The notes beneath the pieces are model-generated. The model worked only from the letters and a program-made list of their open reading frames with translations. It was not told where the DNA came from and searched no databases. A stretch of 62,628 nt of DNA, filler included, from Pseudobdellovibrionaceae bacterium (lineage in GTDB: Bacteria; Bdellovibrionota; Bdellovibrionia; Bdellovibrionales; UBA1609), in assembly GCA_030591685.1 (NCBI GenBank). It is 5 parts of 5 records of this genome, joined end to end, with 100 filler letters (N's around TTAATTAATTAA, not from the genome) between each part and the next. Parts side by side here need not be neighbours in the genome. Positions count along the whole stretch, not along the records: positions 1 to 13,129 come from JAUVAX010000058.1; positions 13,230 to 31,894 come from JAUVAX010000044.1; 3 more parts are not named here. One strand, written 5' to 3'. This document shows positions 8,960 to 18,348 of the stretch, piece after piece (within the stretch, counting starts at the first letter, position 1; each line of letters begins with the position of its first letter). Both the position numbers and the translations under genes were made by a program.

Positions 8960-10134
8960 GGTCGTGCCTCCAAATTTAGTTGGCTTTTAGCTTTTTTATA
9001 TTCAAGTTTTGTGTTTGCGTTATCTAGAGCGTGGGGGTTAACTTGTGTTAATAAATTTATAGGGGAGTTAATAAGAGCCTTTCTAGGGCACTTGTACCCA
9101 AGGCTTAAAAACTGCAGCAAGCGAACAAACGATTTGGGCTCAAAAATAGTGCAAAGAGGCTCAGGTAGCCCGTCATGCTCGCTATTAAAACAAGTGGCCA
9201 CTTTAAAGGGTTTTCGATTTTTTATAAGAAAGTGAATAGTTTTATGATCTAAAAAAGGAAGGTCACAGGCCACGACGAGCCAGGCCGCTTTTGGGTGGGC
9301 TTGCATGGCTGATAAAACACCCCCCATGGGGCCGAGGTTTAGGTAAGTATCATGTATTTGAGGCCGTGCACCTAAAGCGCTGTCGGCCCACTGGCCCGAC
9401 CGAGAAGACAAAAACGTAGAGTCGCAGTGCGAGTCTAAAAGTTCATAACAAACCTCAGCTTGTGACTTTTCAGAGTATTTTAAAAGAGCCTTGTCAGTAT
9501 TCATTCGCGTACTGTGACCGCCCGTTAAAACTAAACCAAAAAGTGGAGTAGTCATTATTTTTTTATTAAAAACAGATCGAACAAAGGCCAAGAGGGCGTC
9601 GATGTTATCTCGCTGAAAGTATGGTACATCAAGGGGCAGGTTGTTTTTTTCAGGCCCGGCACCTACAAAGGCTAAGACGTTATTAATGCTTCCATCAGTA
9701 ACGGACTTTAAAATTTCGCACTTATCATCAAGAACAATTATTTTTTTTGCTAGCGAATTTTTATAACCCTCTAAAAATACAAAGTCCTGTTTGAGCAAGG
9801 AGGTTTTCATTTCTACAAGGTCCGGCCCGTCTTTATAAAGGGTGGCGGAGTGTCTGGGGTCAGAGATTAAAACTTGAGTAGCCCCGCTCTCCCAGGCCTT
9901 TGAGGTGTCTTTGCCCTTCACATCCATTTCAAATCGATGCACATCATTTTTAACATAGCCTATGTCAAATTCACCACTTAGTTTATGTATGAGTTTAGTA
10001 ATTAAAGTCGTTTTACCAGAGTTTGAGTAGCCACAAAAAGCGATCTCAAAGGGGTGAAAAAGATAAGACGCCTTAGAGGGCCTCTTTTTACCTGGGGCTT
10101 CACTTGTGTTATTACTGTGTCTTGACGTAGTCAC
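8956..10134 (-). CDS. MobB-MobA fusion (molybdopterin guanine dinucleotide synthesis)
   Basis: N-terminal GYSNSGKTT P-loop, GKDT and EGYK (MobB); C-terminal LTGGHSTRMNTDKA, GPMGG, VACDLPF, EPL (MobA). Confidence 0.9.
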   Translation of the reverse strand: MTTSRHSNNTSEAPGKKRPSKASYLFHPFEIAFCGYSNSGKTTLITKLIHKLSGEFDIGYVKNDVHRFEMDVKGKDTSKAWESGATQVLISDPRHSATLYKDGPDLVEMKTSLLKQDFVFLEGYKNSLAKKIIVLDDKCEILKSVTDGSINNVLAFVGAGPEKNNLPLDVPYFQRDNIDALLAFVRSVFNKKIMTTPLFGLVLTGGHSTRMNTDKALLKYSEKSQAEVCYELLDSHCDSTFLSSRSGQWADSALGARPQIHDTYLNLGPMGGVLSAMQAHPKAAWLVVACDLPFLDHKTIHFLIKNRKPFKVATCFNSEHDGLPEPLCTIFEPKSFVRLLQFLSLGYKCPRKALINSPINLLTQVNPHALDNANTKLEYKKAKSQLNLEARP

Positions 10135-10582
10135 GCTTGCCCCCTGACTTTTCTAGTAACTCCGTACTCTCGATTCGAATTTCGTGAGAGAGGGCTTTGC
10201 ACATGTCGTACACGGTAAGAGCCGCTAAGCTGGCCCCACAAAGGGCCTCCATTTCTATGCCTGTTTTACCATGAGTTGAGGCTTCGCAATCAATAATAAT
10301 TTGACCCCCTATCACCTGTATACTGATGTGGCAGGACTCAATGGGTATGGGGTGACAAAAGGGTATGAGCTCAGAGGTTTTTTTAAGAGCCATAGTCCCA
10401 GCAATAATTGCAGTTTGAAAAACAGGCCCCTTTTTTGTTGAGATCTCACCGTCTTTAAAGTGCTGCATTACTAAATCAGGGGCAACAACAACACTTCTGG
10501 CCTTGGCGAGCCGCCGGGTTACTTTTTTTTCACCAACATCAACCATCTTAGGCTGATTGTTTTCATCAACGTGAGTAAACAT
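10112..10582 (-). CDS. moaC: cyclic pyranopterin monophosphate synthase
   Basis: FTHVD..MVDVGEK, LIPFCHP, TGIEMEAL, YDMCKA, EKSGGK. Confidence 0.97.
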   Translation of the reverse strand: MFTHVDENNQPKMVDVGEKKVTRRLAKARSVVVAPDLVMQHFKDGEISTKKGPVFQTAIIAGTMALKKTSELIPFCHPIPIESCHISIQVIGGQIIIDCEASTHGKTGIEMEALCGASLAALTVYDMCKALSHEIRIESTELLEKSGGKRDYVKTQ

Positions 10583-10584
10583 TT

Positions 10585-11544
10585 TTACCCTCCAATTTGA
10601 TTCATGTCTTCATGTACATGTTTAATTCTATTTATGGGTTTCATTAATAAAAGGCTCTCGAGTAAGGGCTTATAGTTTTCAGGCTCAACGTCTTTAACCT
10701 TAACGCCTTTGTTTGACATCAAACAGGCCCTTAAAAATCCATCAGCAGAGAGCCTCCAGCGCGAACAGGCCCCACAAAACGGTTTAGATTCTGAAGCAAT
10801 AAATCCAATTTTTGCCCCCGAGGGTGTTTTAAAATTAAACGAGGTGGAGTCAAAGTCCATGGGCTCTATTTGTAACTCGTGTTGACTTTTAATTTTAGCA
10901 ACAGCCTCGTTTGCTGAAATAAAGAGGTCGTCTTGAGATCCACAGGCTTGCCCGATTTTCATCACCTCTAAAAACCGTACTTCAATATCATAAGTCGAGG
11001 AGAATTTAATAAAATCAAAAATCTCACTATCATTAATCCCCCTCATTAAAACGGTATTTACTTTAACATTAAATCCCATTTCTTTAGCGCGCAGTATAGA
11101 CGAATAAACCTGGTCAAAAGATTCGCGCCGAGTGATGGTGTTAAACTTATCTTTAGATAAGCTATCAAGGCTTATGTTTATGTGCCGACAACGGGTGTCT
11201 TTTAAAAACTCGAGCTCTTTTTCAAGATAGTATCCGTTTGTAGTCATGCCTAGTTTTTGAATGTTTAGTTTTGAAAGTCGAGTCAGGATGTCTCTAAATT
11301 CTTTTCTCATAGTGGGCTCGCCGCCAGTGACTCTTATTTGCTCAAGCCCGTATTCACTTAACGTTGAGCAGACGTTTTCGATAGCTGTTGGTGAGAGCCA
11401 CTTAGAGGCCTTCATAAAAGTTGCATTCATTGGCATGCAATAGAAACATCGAAAGTTACAAGCATCGAGTAAGGAGACTCTGAGCTTTCGAACTCTCCTT
11501 CCGTGAGGATCTATAAGTTGAGTTTTATTTTTAACAGGTGTCAT
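10585..11544 (-). CDS. moaA: GTP 3',8-cyclase (radical SAM)
   Basis: LRVSL..CNFRCFYCM, TGGEP, FCGAC..RLSADG..C, C-terminal MNQIGG; ATG overlaps the moeA stop. Confidence 0.97.
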   Translation of the reverse strand: MTPVKNKTQLIDPHGRRVRKLRVSLLDACNFRCFYCMPMNATFMKASKWLSPTAIENVCSTLSEYGLEQIRVTGGEPTMRKEFRDILTRLSKLNIQKLGMTTNGYYLEKELEFLKDTRCRHINISLDSLSKDKFNTITRRESFDQVYSSILRAKEMGFNVKVNTVLMRGINDSEIFDFIKFSSTYDIEVRFLEVMKIGQACGSQDDLFISANEAVAKIKSQHELQIEPMDFDSTSFNFKTPSGAKIGFIASESKPFCGACSRWRLSADGFLRACLMSNKGVKVKDVEPENYKPLLESLLLMKPINRIKHVHEDMNQIGG

Positions 11545-12761
11545 AATGATGCTTTCCATAGGTAAAGGGGGTGGGCCGTGCCTTTTTTAAAGACGGTGTC
11601 GGCCTCGGGGAGTTCTAAAAAGCCAGTGGACTTTATGAGAGAACTAAAATCTCCAGAGCCATTAGAGCGAACAGGCGTTGCCTGAACAACCCCCGCAGTA
11701 GAAATTTCTGTTTTTACGGGCAAAAAATAAGAGAGATTTTTTTTAAAAATAATATCTTCAGTAAGTACGGCGTGCGCCTTGGGCTCATTTTTTGTAATCT
11801 CAAGGCCTAGCGAATGCCAAAGAGCGGGGAGCACGTACCGGTGCAGGCACGTAATGGCAGAAACCGGGTTTCCGGGTAGGCCAAAAACAGATTTATTGTC
11901 TTCAGTCACTCCAAACCACAGCGGCTTACCGGGTTTTTGTCGAACTTTATGAAATATTTGATTTACTTTTAGGTCAGCAAGGCACTGGGGGATAAAGTCA
12001 AATTTACCCATAGAAACCCCGCCAGATAAAATAACAACATCATTTTGTTCAAGCACAGATTGAAGCCCCGTTAAGATGTCTTCTTTATTGTCATCTAAGT
12101 GCTCTAGAGTAACTGTGTTAAAGCCGTGTGATTTCAACGAAGAGAGCAGGGCATAAGAGTTAGACCTACGAATTTGAAAATCCAGTGGTTTTTTATCGAC
12201 ATCAACAAGCTCATCACCAGTGCTGACAACAGCTATTTTTGGTCGCTGTGCTATTTTTAAACGAGCTTTACCCACAGAGGCAGTGATGGACCACTCTGGC
12301 GAAAACATAAGCGTACCCTTTGGCACTAACTCGTCGCCCTCATTATAGTCTAACCCTTTGAGGTGAACGTTTTTCATGTCACTCACTTTAATATCAGGTA
12401 TCACGGTGGCGACTTGGTTTTTTATTTGCGTGTCTTCATAACGGATGACACAGTTTGTCCCAGTGGGCAGGGGTGCTCCGGTCATAACCTCTATACAGGC
12501 TTCGGGGTCGGTGAGAGTTTTTTGTTTTTCGCCCGCTTTTTGGCAACCGCTTACAGGGAACGCCCTTTGGCCGTTATCCCAAGCGGCTGTTGAGATAGCA
12601 ATGCCATCCATAGCAACTCGGTTAAATGGGGGGTAGCAGCGGTCTGCAATTAGGGGTTCGTGTAAAACCTCTTCAGAAAGATCTTTAATATCAACAGTGC
12701 ATTTGGGGCGCACGAGAGTGTGTTTAATAATTAAATCTTGAGCCTCTTTAACAGAGATCAT
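11541..12761 (-). CDS. moeA: molybdopterin molybdotransferase
   Basis: PPFNRVAMDG, MTGAPLP, STGDEL, SGGVSMGKFD, KPGKP, GLPGNPVS. Confidence 0.97.
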   Translation of the reverse strand: MISVKEAQDLIIKHTLVRPKCTVDIKDLSEEVLHEPLIADRCYPPFNRVAMDGIAISTAAWDNGQRAFPVSGCQKAGEKQKTLTDPEACIEVMTGAPLPTGTNCVIRYEDTQIKNQVATVIPDIKVSDMKNVHLKGLDYNEGDELVPKGTLMFSPEWSITASVGKARLKIAQRPKIAVVSTGDELVDVDKKPLDFQIRRSNSYALLSSLKSHGFNTVTLEHLDDNKEDILTGLQSVLEQNDVVILSGGVSMGKFDFIPQCLADLKVNQIFHKVRQKPGKPLWFGVTEDNKSVFGLPGNPVSAITCLHRYVLPALWHSLGLEITKNEPKAHAVLTEDIIFKKNLSYFLPVKTEISTAGVVQATPVRSNGSGDFSSLIKSTGFLELPEADTVFKKGTAHPLYLWKASL

Positions 12762-12765
12762 TTAT

Positions 12766-12892
12766 TGCGCCTTTCCAAACATGGGAGGTTAAAAAAATTT
12801 CTTCTCTTAACCCTGGCAAAAAACTAAGTGTTCAGTTTTTTGCGGTCAAAAAATCATGGCCGTTTAGCTTTAGATGTTTTTGACTCGGACCT
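12766..12892 (-). promoter_or_regulatory. Moco riboswitch (MOCO RNA motif)
   Basis: Minus strand TCCGAG...CCAGGG-TTAAGAGAA-GAAA-T-rich-TTAA-CCTCCC-ATGTT-TGGAAAGG directly before the moeA ATG; same layout as the E. coli moaA leader. Confidence 0.85.
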
Positions 12893-13129
12893 TATATATT
12901 TAAATTTCAAAACTTACATATTCATAAATACAAAGTAAAAAGCCAGCCCATTTAAATTTATTTGTTAAAAAAATAAGGGGGCTCATTGCCTTATATGCAC
13001 TTGTTATAGCGGAGATAATGGTCAGTGTAAGCATAAAAAAAATTATTAATTCTCTATTGTAATAATTGTTAATTTGTCCCATTTAAAGGGGATTCATTTC
13101 AATAGCCTTGCCAGTTTGACTCACACAAA

Positions 13130-13229
13130 NNNNNNNNNNNNNNNNNNNNNNNNNNNNNNNNNNNNNNNNNNNNTTAATTAATTAANNNNNNNNNNNNNNN
13201 NNNNNNNNNNNNNNNNNNNNNNNNNNNNN
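13130..13229. other. artificial contig linker
   Basis: 100-nt N run with central TTAATTAATTAA (stops in all frames). Confidence 0.98.
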
Positions 13230-13454
13230 GCTGCTGCTGACGGTCATCGGGGTAGCGTTTTAAATGGCTCCGTGGTGGAAAGTTGTCAGATCATATAATC
13301 AAAAAAAAGTGCGACGACGGCTGACTAGGGTTAATAGAGGAAATCAAAGCGAGGATAATGGTAAAACGTGAGAAGGTCTGGGTCAGCAAAAGGTTGCCTT
13401 GCAAAGTGCTTATTTTTTTATTTTAAAATCGAGCTCATTCATGATATTTTAATA

Positions 13455-13973
13455 ATGATGTTTTTAAAGCCATTCATTATATTAATGTTGATGCAAAGCT
13501 TGGCCTTTGCACAAAGGAGTAATATGAGTGCTCTAAGGCCCGCAAGTGAAATCATTTCTGTTTCTTTAAGCGTTGAGAAGCATGGGGATGGAAGTTCGAT
13601 TCAAGTTGAGAATGTGGAGCTTATCGGTAAAAAAGAAACAGTAAAATTAAAAAAAGGTGAAACTAAAAAACTACAAAATGGAATTAAAATCACTTTTAAG
13701 TCTCACTCTCATAAAAGAACTAAGGCAGGGCAGCAATCCCCGCTTTTGATAGAATTTACGTTTAATGAAGGAAATAAAGAAGTATCCAAAACCGTAAGTA
13801 TTCTAGGCCAAAAGTGGTGGTTTTATAAAGATTATGTTTTTATATTTACTGACCATAAGTATTCAGAATATCAAGAGTTTGAAGTAAGCATAGAGCCAGC
13901 TACAAACTTAGAAGGCTATATAACAGAACAAGAAGTCAAAGCATTAGATAAAATCGAGCAGGATGAGCTTTGA
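13455..13973 (+). CDS. hypothetical secreted protein
   Basis: Signal peptide MMFLKPFIILMLMQSLAFA. Confidence 0.65.
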   Translation: MMFLKPFIILMLMQSLAFAQRSNMSALRPASEIISVSLSVEKHGDGSSIQVENVELIGKKETVKLKKGETKKLQNGIKITFKSHSHKRTKAGQQSPLLIEFTFNEGNKEVSKTVSILGQKWWFYKDYVFIFTDHKYSEYQEFEVSIEPATNLEGYITEQEVKALDKIEQDEL

Positions 13974-14249
13974 AAACTTTGAAGAAAGACTAATGCCCTT
14001 TTTAACTTTATTTTTTAGGTCCGTATCAGGCACATAGGGGCCTCTTTACTTCACTGCAAATCGCGACGGGCTTATCAAAAAATACAAACACCATGTGTCA
14101 GGTCACACACCTGTGAAAATACTTTAAAACTATGCCTTGTAGAATCAAAAATTTTTACAAAGCCCTTACTATTTATAGAACTCATATTAAAACTTACCTT
14201 TTTAAGGTAGAAGGTCCCTAACTTTATTATAACAAAAAGGGGATAGACC

Positions 14250-14846
14250 ATGAAAATCATACTTAATTTTTCAATTTTAATGGGGGTTAGTTTTTTTGCT
14301 ATAAACCAACTTCATGCAAGTTTTAACTTTGATGCGGCTGAGCTGAGCCCCTACGAGCAAATCAAAGAGTGGGAGAGCATAAGTGGCCCCGTACTCTTTA
14401 AAAACTTTGAGGGAGTATTTAATGGGATATGTTTTAATGCTAATGAGCCGAGCACCCCGATTAAAATAGCAGTTGCCATCACTGGTCTACAAGATAGTGT
14501 TGATCGTGGTCCCGGCTTTCCGCCGAAGACAGAGAAAAAAGTAGCGTTAATTAATGTTGGGGCTTATGTGTCAGCCGACAGTAGATATAATCATGTCCTT
14601 TCGTACACAAAATCTAACTGGAGCCAGTTTGAGGTACTACTGCAAAATGAATCCACTCTTAAGTATAGGCAGGGTTATTTAAAGGGTGAGATTTTTAAAT
14701 ACGAGGATTATTTAGTCACCGTAGCTAAAACTACAACTGCTATATCATGCCCAGCGGATTGGCCTGAGCGCATTTGTGGTGATGGCCAGCTCCCAAAAGA
14801 TTCAGAGTTTACAGCCTGTTATTTTTATGAAGAGATCACCGAATAA
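14250..14846 (+). CDS. hypothetical secreted protein
   Basis: GGGGGA RBS, signal peptide, 4 Cys, DRGPGFP motif, terminator downstream. Confidence 0.75.
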   Translation: MKIILNFSILMGVSFFAINQLHASFNFDAAELSPYEQIKEWESISGPVLFKNFEGVFNGICFNANEPSTPIKIAVAITGLQDSVDRGPGFPPKTEKKVALINVGAYVSADSRYNHVLSYTKSNWSQFEVLLQNESTLKYRQGYLKGEIFKYEDYLVTVAKTTTAISCPADWPERICGDGQLPKDSEFTACYFYEEITE

Positions 14847-14863
14847 ATACTGAGTTTGTTTTT

Positions 14864-14901
14864 AAAAGGCTCTTGGACTTAAACCCCAAGAGCCTTTTTT
14901 T
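14864..14901 (+). terminator. rho-independent terminator
   Basis: AAAAGGCTCTTGG...CCAAGAGCC followed by a T run. Confidence 0.85.
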
Positions 14902-15200
14902 ATAATACCAGCTATGTAATACAAACGAGGATAAAGTCATATTTTTTACCTATTCAAAATCAGACTATTACTCATAGCTATGCACTTTTTTAAAATTTTG
15001 AGCTAAAAAAACACCAGGGTTACTACTAGAAATTCATTTGTCACTTCACTTTAATTGTAAACTCGTAGAGCATTTAATGAACACTTCTTAGGTCATCTGC
15101 CTAAATAGCAAGCATTGTCTTTGTGTGGCAAAAACTTATTAAATGATTGAAAATACTAAAGTTTTTATGTGTAATCTTAGACCAAGGGAGAGTGCTAATT

Positions 15201-15713
15201 ATGTTAAATGTTAAAAGAGTTTTATTAGTAAGTTTAATTTTTATTTCTGTTCAAAGTTTAGCTAAGGATTTAACAAATAGGCTAGGTGTGGGGTTTAGTG
15301 ACCAATTTGCGACCTCTAGCAATAATAGCCTTCCGAGTATTGCTGTAAAATACTACCCGAACCCTGATTTTGCGTACTCCGTCGCGTTGGGTGTAGATAC
15401 TCAAGAAAATGCCTCACGCTTTGGGTTTGCAGCTAAAATGTACCGTACAATTTTTGTTGAAGAGAATATGAATTTTTATATGGGTGGTGGTGCCGCACTA
15501 TTAAGTGAAGAGTTAACAGTGGGGATTGTCACCGAAAACTCCTCAGGTTTTGAGCTCAGTGGTTTTGCCGGAGGTGAGTTTTTTCTCACAGGCCTTGAAA
15601 GCGTTGGTTTTAGCTTTGAGGTAGGGGTTGGTATAGTTTCTGTCTCCAACCAGGTTCGATTTAGAACCATTGGTGATTCTCCGTTTAAAGCCGGAATCAT
15701 ATTTTACTTTTAA
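15201..15713 (+). CDS. small outer-membrane beta-barrel protein
   Basis: Signal peptide, amphipathic strands, C-terminal GIIFYF. Confidence 0.75.
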   Translation: MLNVKRVLLVSLIFISVQSLAKDLTNRLGVGFSDQFATSSNNSLPSIAVKYYPNPDFAYSVALGVDTQENASRFGFAAKMYRTIFVEENMNFYMGGGAALLSEELTVGIVTENSSGFELSGFAGGEFFLTGLESVGFSFEVGVGIVSVSNQVRFRTIGDSPFKAGIIFYF

Positions 15714-15722
15714 GGAGAATTT

Positions 15723-16103
15723 ATGAAAAAAATAATAGAAACAAGTAAAGCTCCAGCCCCTGTAGGGCCTTACTCGCAAGCTGTTGAGGTGAATGGATTT
15801 TTATACTGTTCAGGTCAAATTGCAATTAACCCTGAGTCGGGTGAGTTGGTTTTAGGCAATATTTCTTCTGAAACCACTCAGGTTATGCAAAATGTAAAAG
15901 CGGTATTAGACGAGGCCCAATTGGGTTTTGAGAATGTATTTAAAACTGCTATTTTTTTAACTTCAATGAGTGACTTTAAGGCCGTTAACGAAGTCTATGC
16001 GGAGTACTTTAAAACTAACCCCCCAGCAAGGTCGTGTGTTGCTGTAAAAGAACTCCCAAAAGGCGTAAATGTAGAGATTGAGGTTATTGCCTTTAAGGGG
16101 TAG
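15723..16103 (+). CDS. ridA: RidA family enamine/imine deaminase
   Basis: APAPVGPYSQA, SGQI, NEVYAEYF..PPARSCVAV..LPK...VEIE. Confidence 0.95.
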   Translation: MKKIIETSKAPAPVGPYSQAVEVNGFLYCSGQIAINPESGELVLGNISSETTQVMQNVKAVLDEAQLGFENVFKTAIFLTSMSDFKAVNEVYAEYFKTNPPARSCVAVKELPKGVNVEIEVIAFKG

Positions 16104-16105
16104 AG

Positions 16106-16666
16106 ATGACAAAAAATACAGGCGCACTCATTGCTATTTTATTTTTTTTGTTATTGGCTCTTTTTATTTATTCAAAAGAAATACATTTAAACCTAAAAAC
16201 TAAAGCGAGCTCATGGACTCAGTTTCAAAAAGCTGATTGCGGGGTCGTGTTAACAGGCGGGTCATATCGTATCCAAGAGGGGTTTGACCTACTTAGCCAA
16301 GACCGAATCAAAAATCTGATCATTGCCGGAGTTCATCCGGGTTCAGAGCTATATCAAATATTTCCTCTGCTCCCACTGTATGGTTCGGTGAACGAAAAAA
16401 ACGTGATCCTTGAAAAGTACTCAAAAACTACTTTTGGCAATGCTCAGCAGTCGTTACAGCTTATTGAAGCCCTGCAGTGTCGGGATATAATACTCATAAC
16501 CTCTAAGCTACATATGAGGCGTGCTTTTCGTACCTTTAAGGCTGTTTACCCGAATGATTTTACTATTTATAAACGGGCCGTTGTGCCTGGTCGCATCGAC
16601 TCCGATTGGACGGACCTTTTTGTTGAGTCCACTAAAAGCCTTTTTTATTCAGCCTGGGCTTACTAA
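16106..16666 (+). CDS. YdcF/ElyC (DUF218) family protein
   Basis: TM helix, VVLTGG..RI, S.TT.GNA, LITS..HMRRA. Confidence 0.9.
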   Translation: MTKNTGALIAILFFLLLALFIYSKEIHLNLKTKASSWTQFQKADCGVVLTGGSYRIQEGFDLLSQDRIKNLIIAGVHPGSELYQIFPLLPLYGSVNEKNVILEKYSKTTFGNAQQSLQLIEALQCRDIILITSKLHMRRAFRTFKAVYPNDFTIYKRAVVPGRIDSDWTDLFVESTKSLFYSAWAY

Positions 16667-16813
16667 ATCACTTTAACTATCTGAAAATACACTCAAATTT
16701 TATTTTTACAACAGTCGTTTTTTAATCAACTCAATACCTTCGCCCAGTGCATTTATGTTTAAAAAATACCGATATTATTTAGGTAAACTTAATAATTTTG
16801 AGGTGTTATAGAC

Positions 16814-17641
16814 GTGACCCAGTATTTAGTAAATTATGTTGATCAGATAGGGCGAAGGTTTTTATCTATTTTTGTGTATACGTATAAAGTTATATCTCTT
16901 CTTCACGTTGCAACACGCTCAGCAGTTTTTGATCAGTCCCAGGGGCTTAGGCAAATAATAAGAGTCACTTTAGCACAAATCTATTTTACGGGTTGGCAAG
17001 CCTTGCCCCTGATCAGTGTTTTAGCTGTAGCCACCGGTGGGATCGTTATAATGCAGGCATCATTTCAGCTCAGTATATTCGGTGGGTCTGATATTGCGGG
17101 CCGCTTGATGATGGCTGTTATTGTTCGTGAAGTGGCCCCTTTAATGACAGCACTGGTAGTCATTGCGAGGTCGGGGACTGCTGTGGCCAGTGAGTTAGGC
17201 AACATGCAGGTAAATAAAGAAATAATGGCGATGGAATCCATGGGTATAAACCCGCTCAGTTACATCGTGTTCCCAAGGTTATTAGGTGGAGTGATTAGTG
17301 TTGTTAGCTTGGCTTTTTACTTTTCTTTAATAGCAATTGTAGGTGGGTATACGGTGACCATGCTTATCCATAATATTTCATTTAGTCATTATTTGAATTC
17401 TATCGTTGAGTCCTTTCAAGAAAAAGACATACTTATGTTTTTTCTTAAAAACATCTTTAGTGGCACAATTATTTTTGTTGTGAGCTGCTATCAGGGGATG
17501 CAGGTGGAGCAAAGCCCCCACGAAGTGCCACAGGCAACAACTAGAGCTGTTATGAACTCAATTATTTATGTCATTTTCTTTAATTTATTTTTGACCATTT
17601 TATTTTACTTAAGCGAGTTAAGAAAAATGGACGTGCTGTGA
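16814..17641 (+). CDS. mlaE: MlaE-family ABC permease
   Basis: REVAPLMTALVVIARSGTAVASELGNM, EI.AM..MGINP...IVFPR, ATTRAV. Confidence 0.93.
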   Translation: MTQYLVNYVDQIGRRFLSIFVYTYKVISLLHVATRSAVFDQSQGLRQIIRVTLAQIYFTGWQALPLISVLAVATGGIVIMQASFQLSIFGGSDIAGRLMMAVIVREVAPLMTALVVIARSGTAVASELGNMQVNKEIMAMESMGINPLSYIVFPRLLGGVISVVSLAFYFSLIAIVGGYTVTMLIHNISFSHYLNSIVESFQEKDILMFFLKNIFSGTIIFVVSCYQGMQVEQSPHEVPQATTRAVMNSIIYVIFFNLFLTILFYLSELRKMDVL

Positions 17642-18336
17642 TGAGTATTATACAAAACCCTATTAATTCTCTAGAGATCATTAATATGTGTATGGGTTTT
17701 GTGGACAGCAATATTGTGGTCGAAAACGTGTGTGCAAAACTACCTATGGATGAACTAGTAAGAGTCTGTGGTGGGCGTGGCGTTGGTAAATCTTATTTTT
17801 TAAAAATGCTGGCGGGGCTGCAGGCCCCTATCTCAGGGAAATATTTAATCAACAAAAAGTATGTTAATAAAATGTCATTTGAAGAGTTTTTACCTTACAG
17901 GTTAAATATTGGCTATGCCTTTGAATACGGGGGGCTGATCAGTAATTTAAGCTTATACCAAAACCTAATGCTGCCCTTAGAGTACCATTCAGTTTTAAGT
18001 GAAAAAGATATGCATGAAAGAGTCATGTGGTACATGTCAGAGTTTAATTTAGTTAAAGAGAAAGACAATCGCCCGGCCTTTGTTTCAGGCAGCATGAAAA
18101 AGGAAGTATGTGTTTTAAGGGCTTTTATTTTAGAGCCAGAGGTTTTAATTTTAGACAACCCGACAGTAGGTCTCAATAAAGGAAATATTCAAAAACTTAA
18201 AGAAATTATTTTAAATAAAAAAAAGTCAGGAAGTTTAAAGCACGCATATATTGTGAGCGATAATGAAGAGTTTTTAAGTGAATTAGTGACATATGATTTT
18301 AAATTAGACTGGACATTAGAACAAGATGCCGCATAA
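17638..18336 (+). CDS. MlaF-like ABC ATP-binding protein with degenerate motifs
   Basis: GGRGVGKS Walker A, VSGSM signature, LILDNPT Walker B; lies between mlaE and mlaD. Confidence 0.85.
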   Translation: MMSIIQNPINSLEIINMCMGFVDSNIVVENVCAKLPMDELVRVCGGRGVGKSYFLKMLAGLQAPISGKYLINKKYVNKMSFEEFLPYRLNIGYAFEYGGLISNLSLYQNLMLPLEYHSVLSEKDMHERVMWYMSEFNLVKEKDNRPAFVSGSMKKEVCVLRAFILEPEVLILDNPTVGLNKGNIQKLKEIILNKKKSGSLKHAYIVSDNEEFLSELVTYDFKLDWTLEQDAA

Positions 18337-18348
18337 AGGAATATTTTA

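Noticed and set aside
13130..13229. TTAATTAATTAA palindrome inside N runs (also at 31895, 51766 and 60877)
   Set aside because: Identical artificial linker with stops in all frames; not biological.
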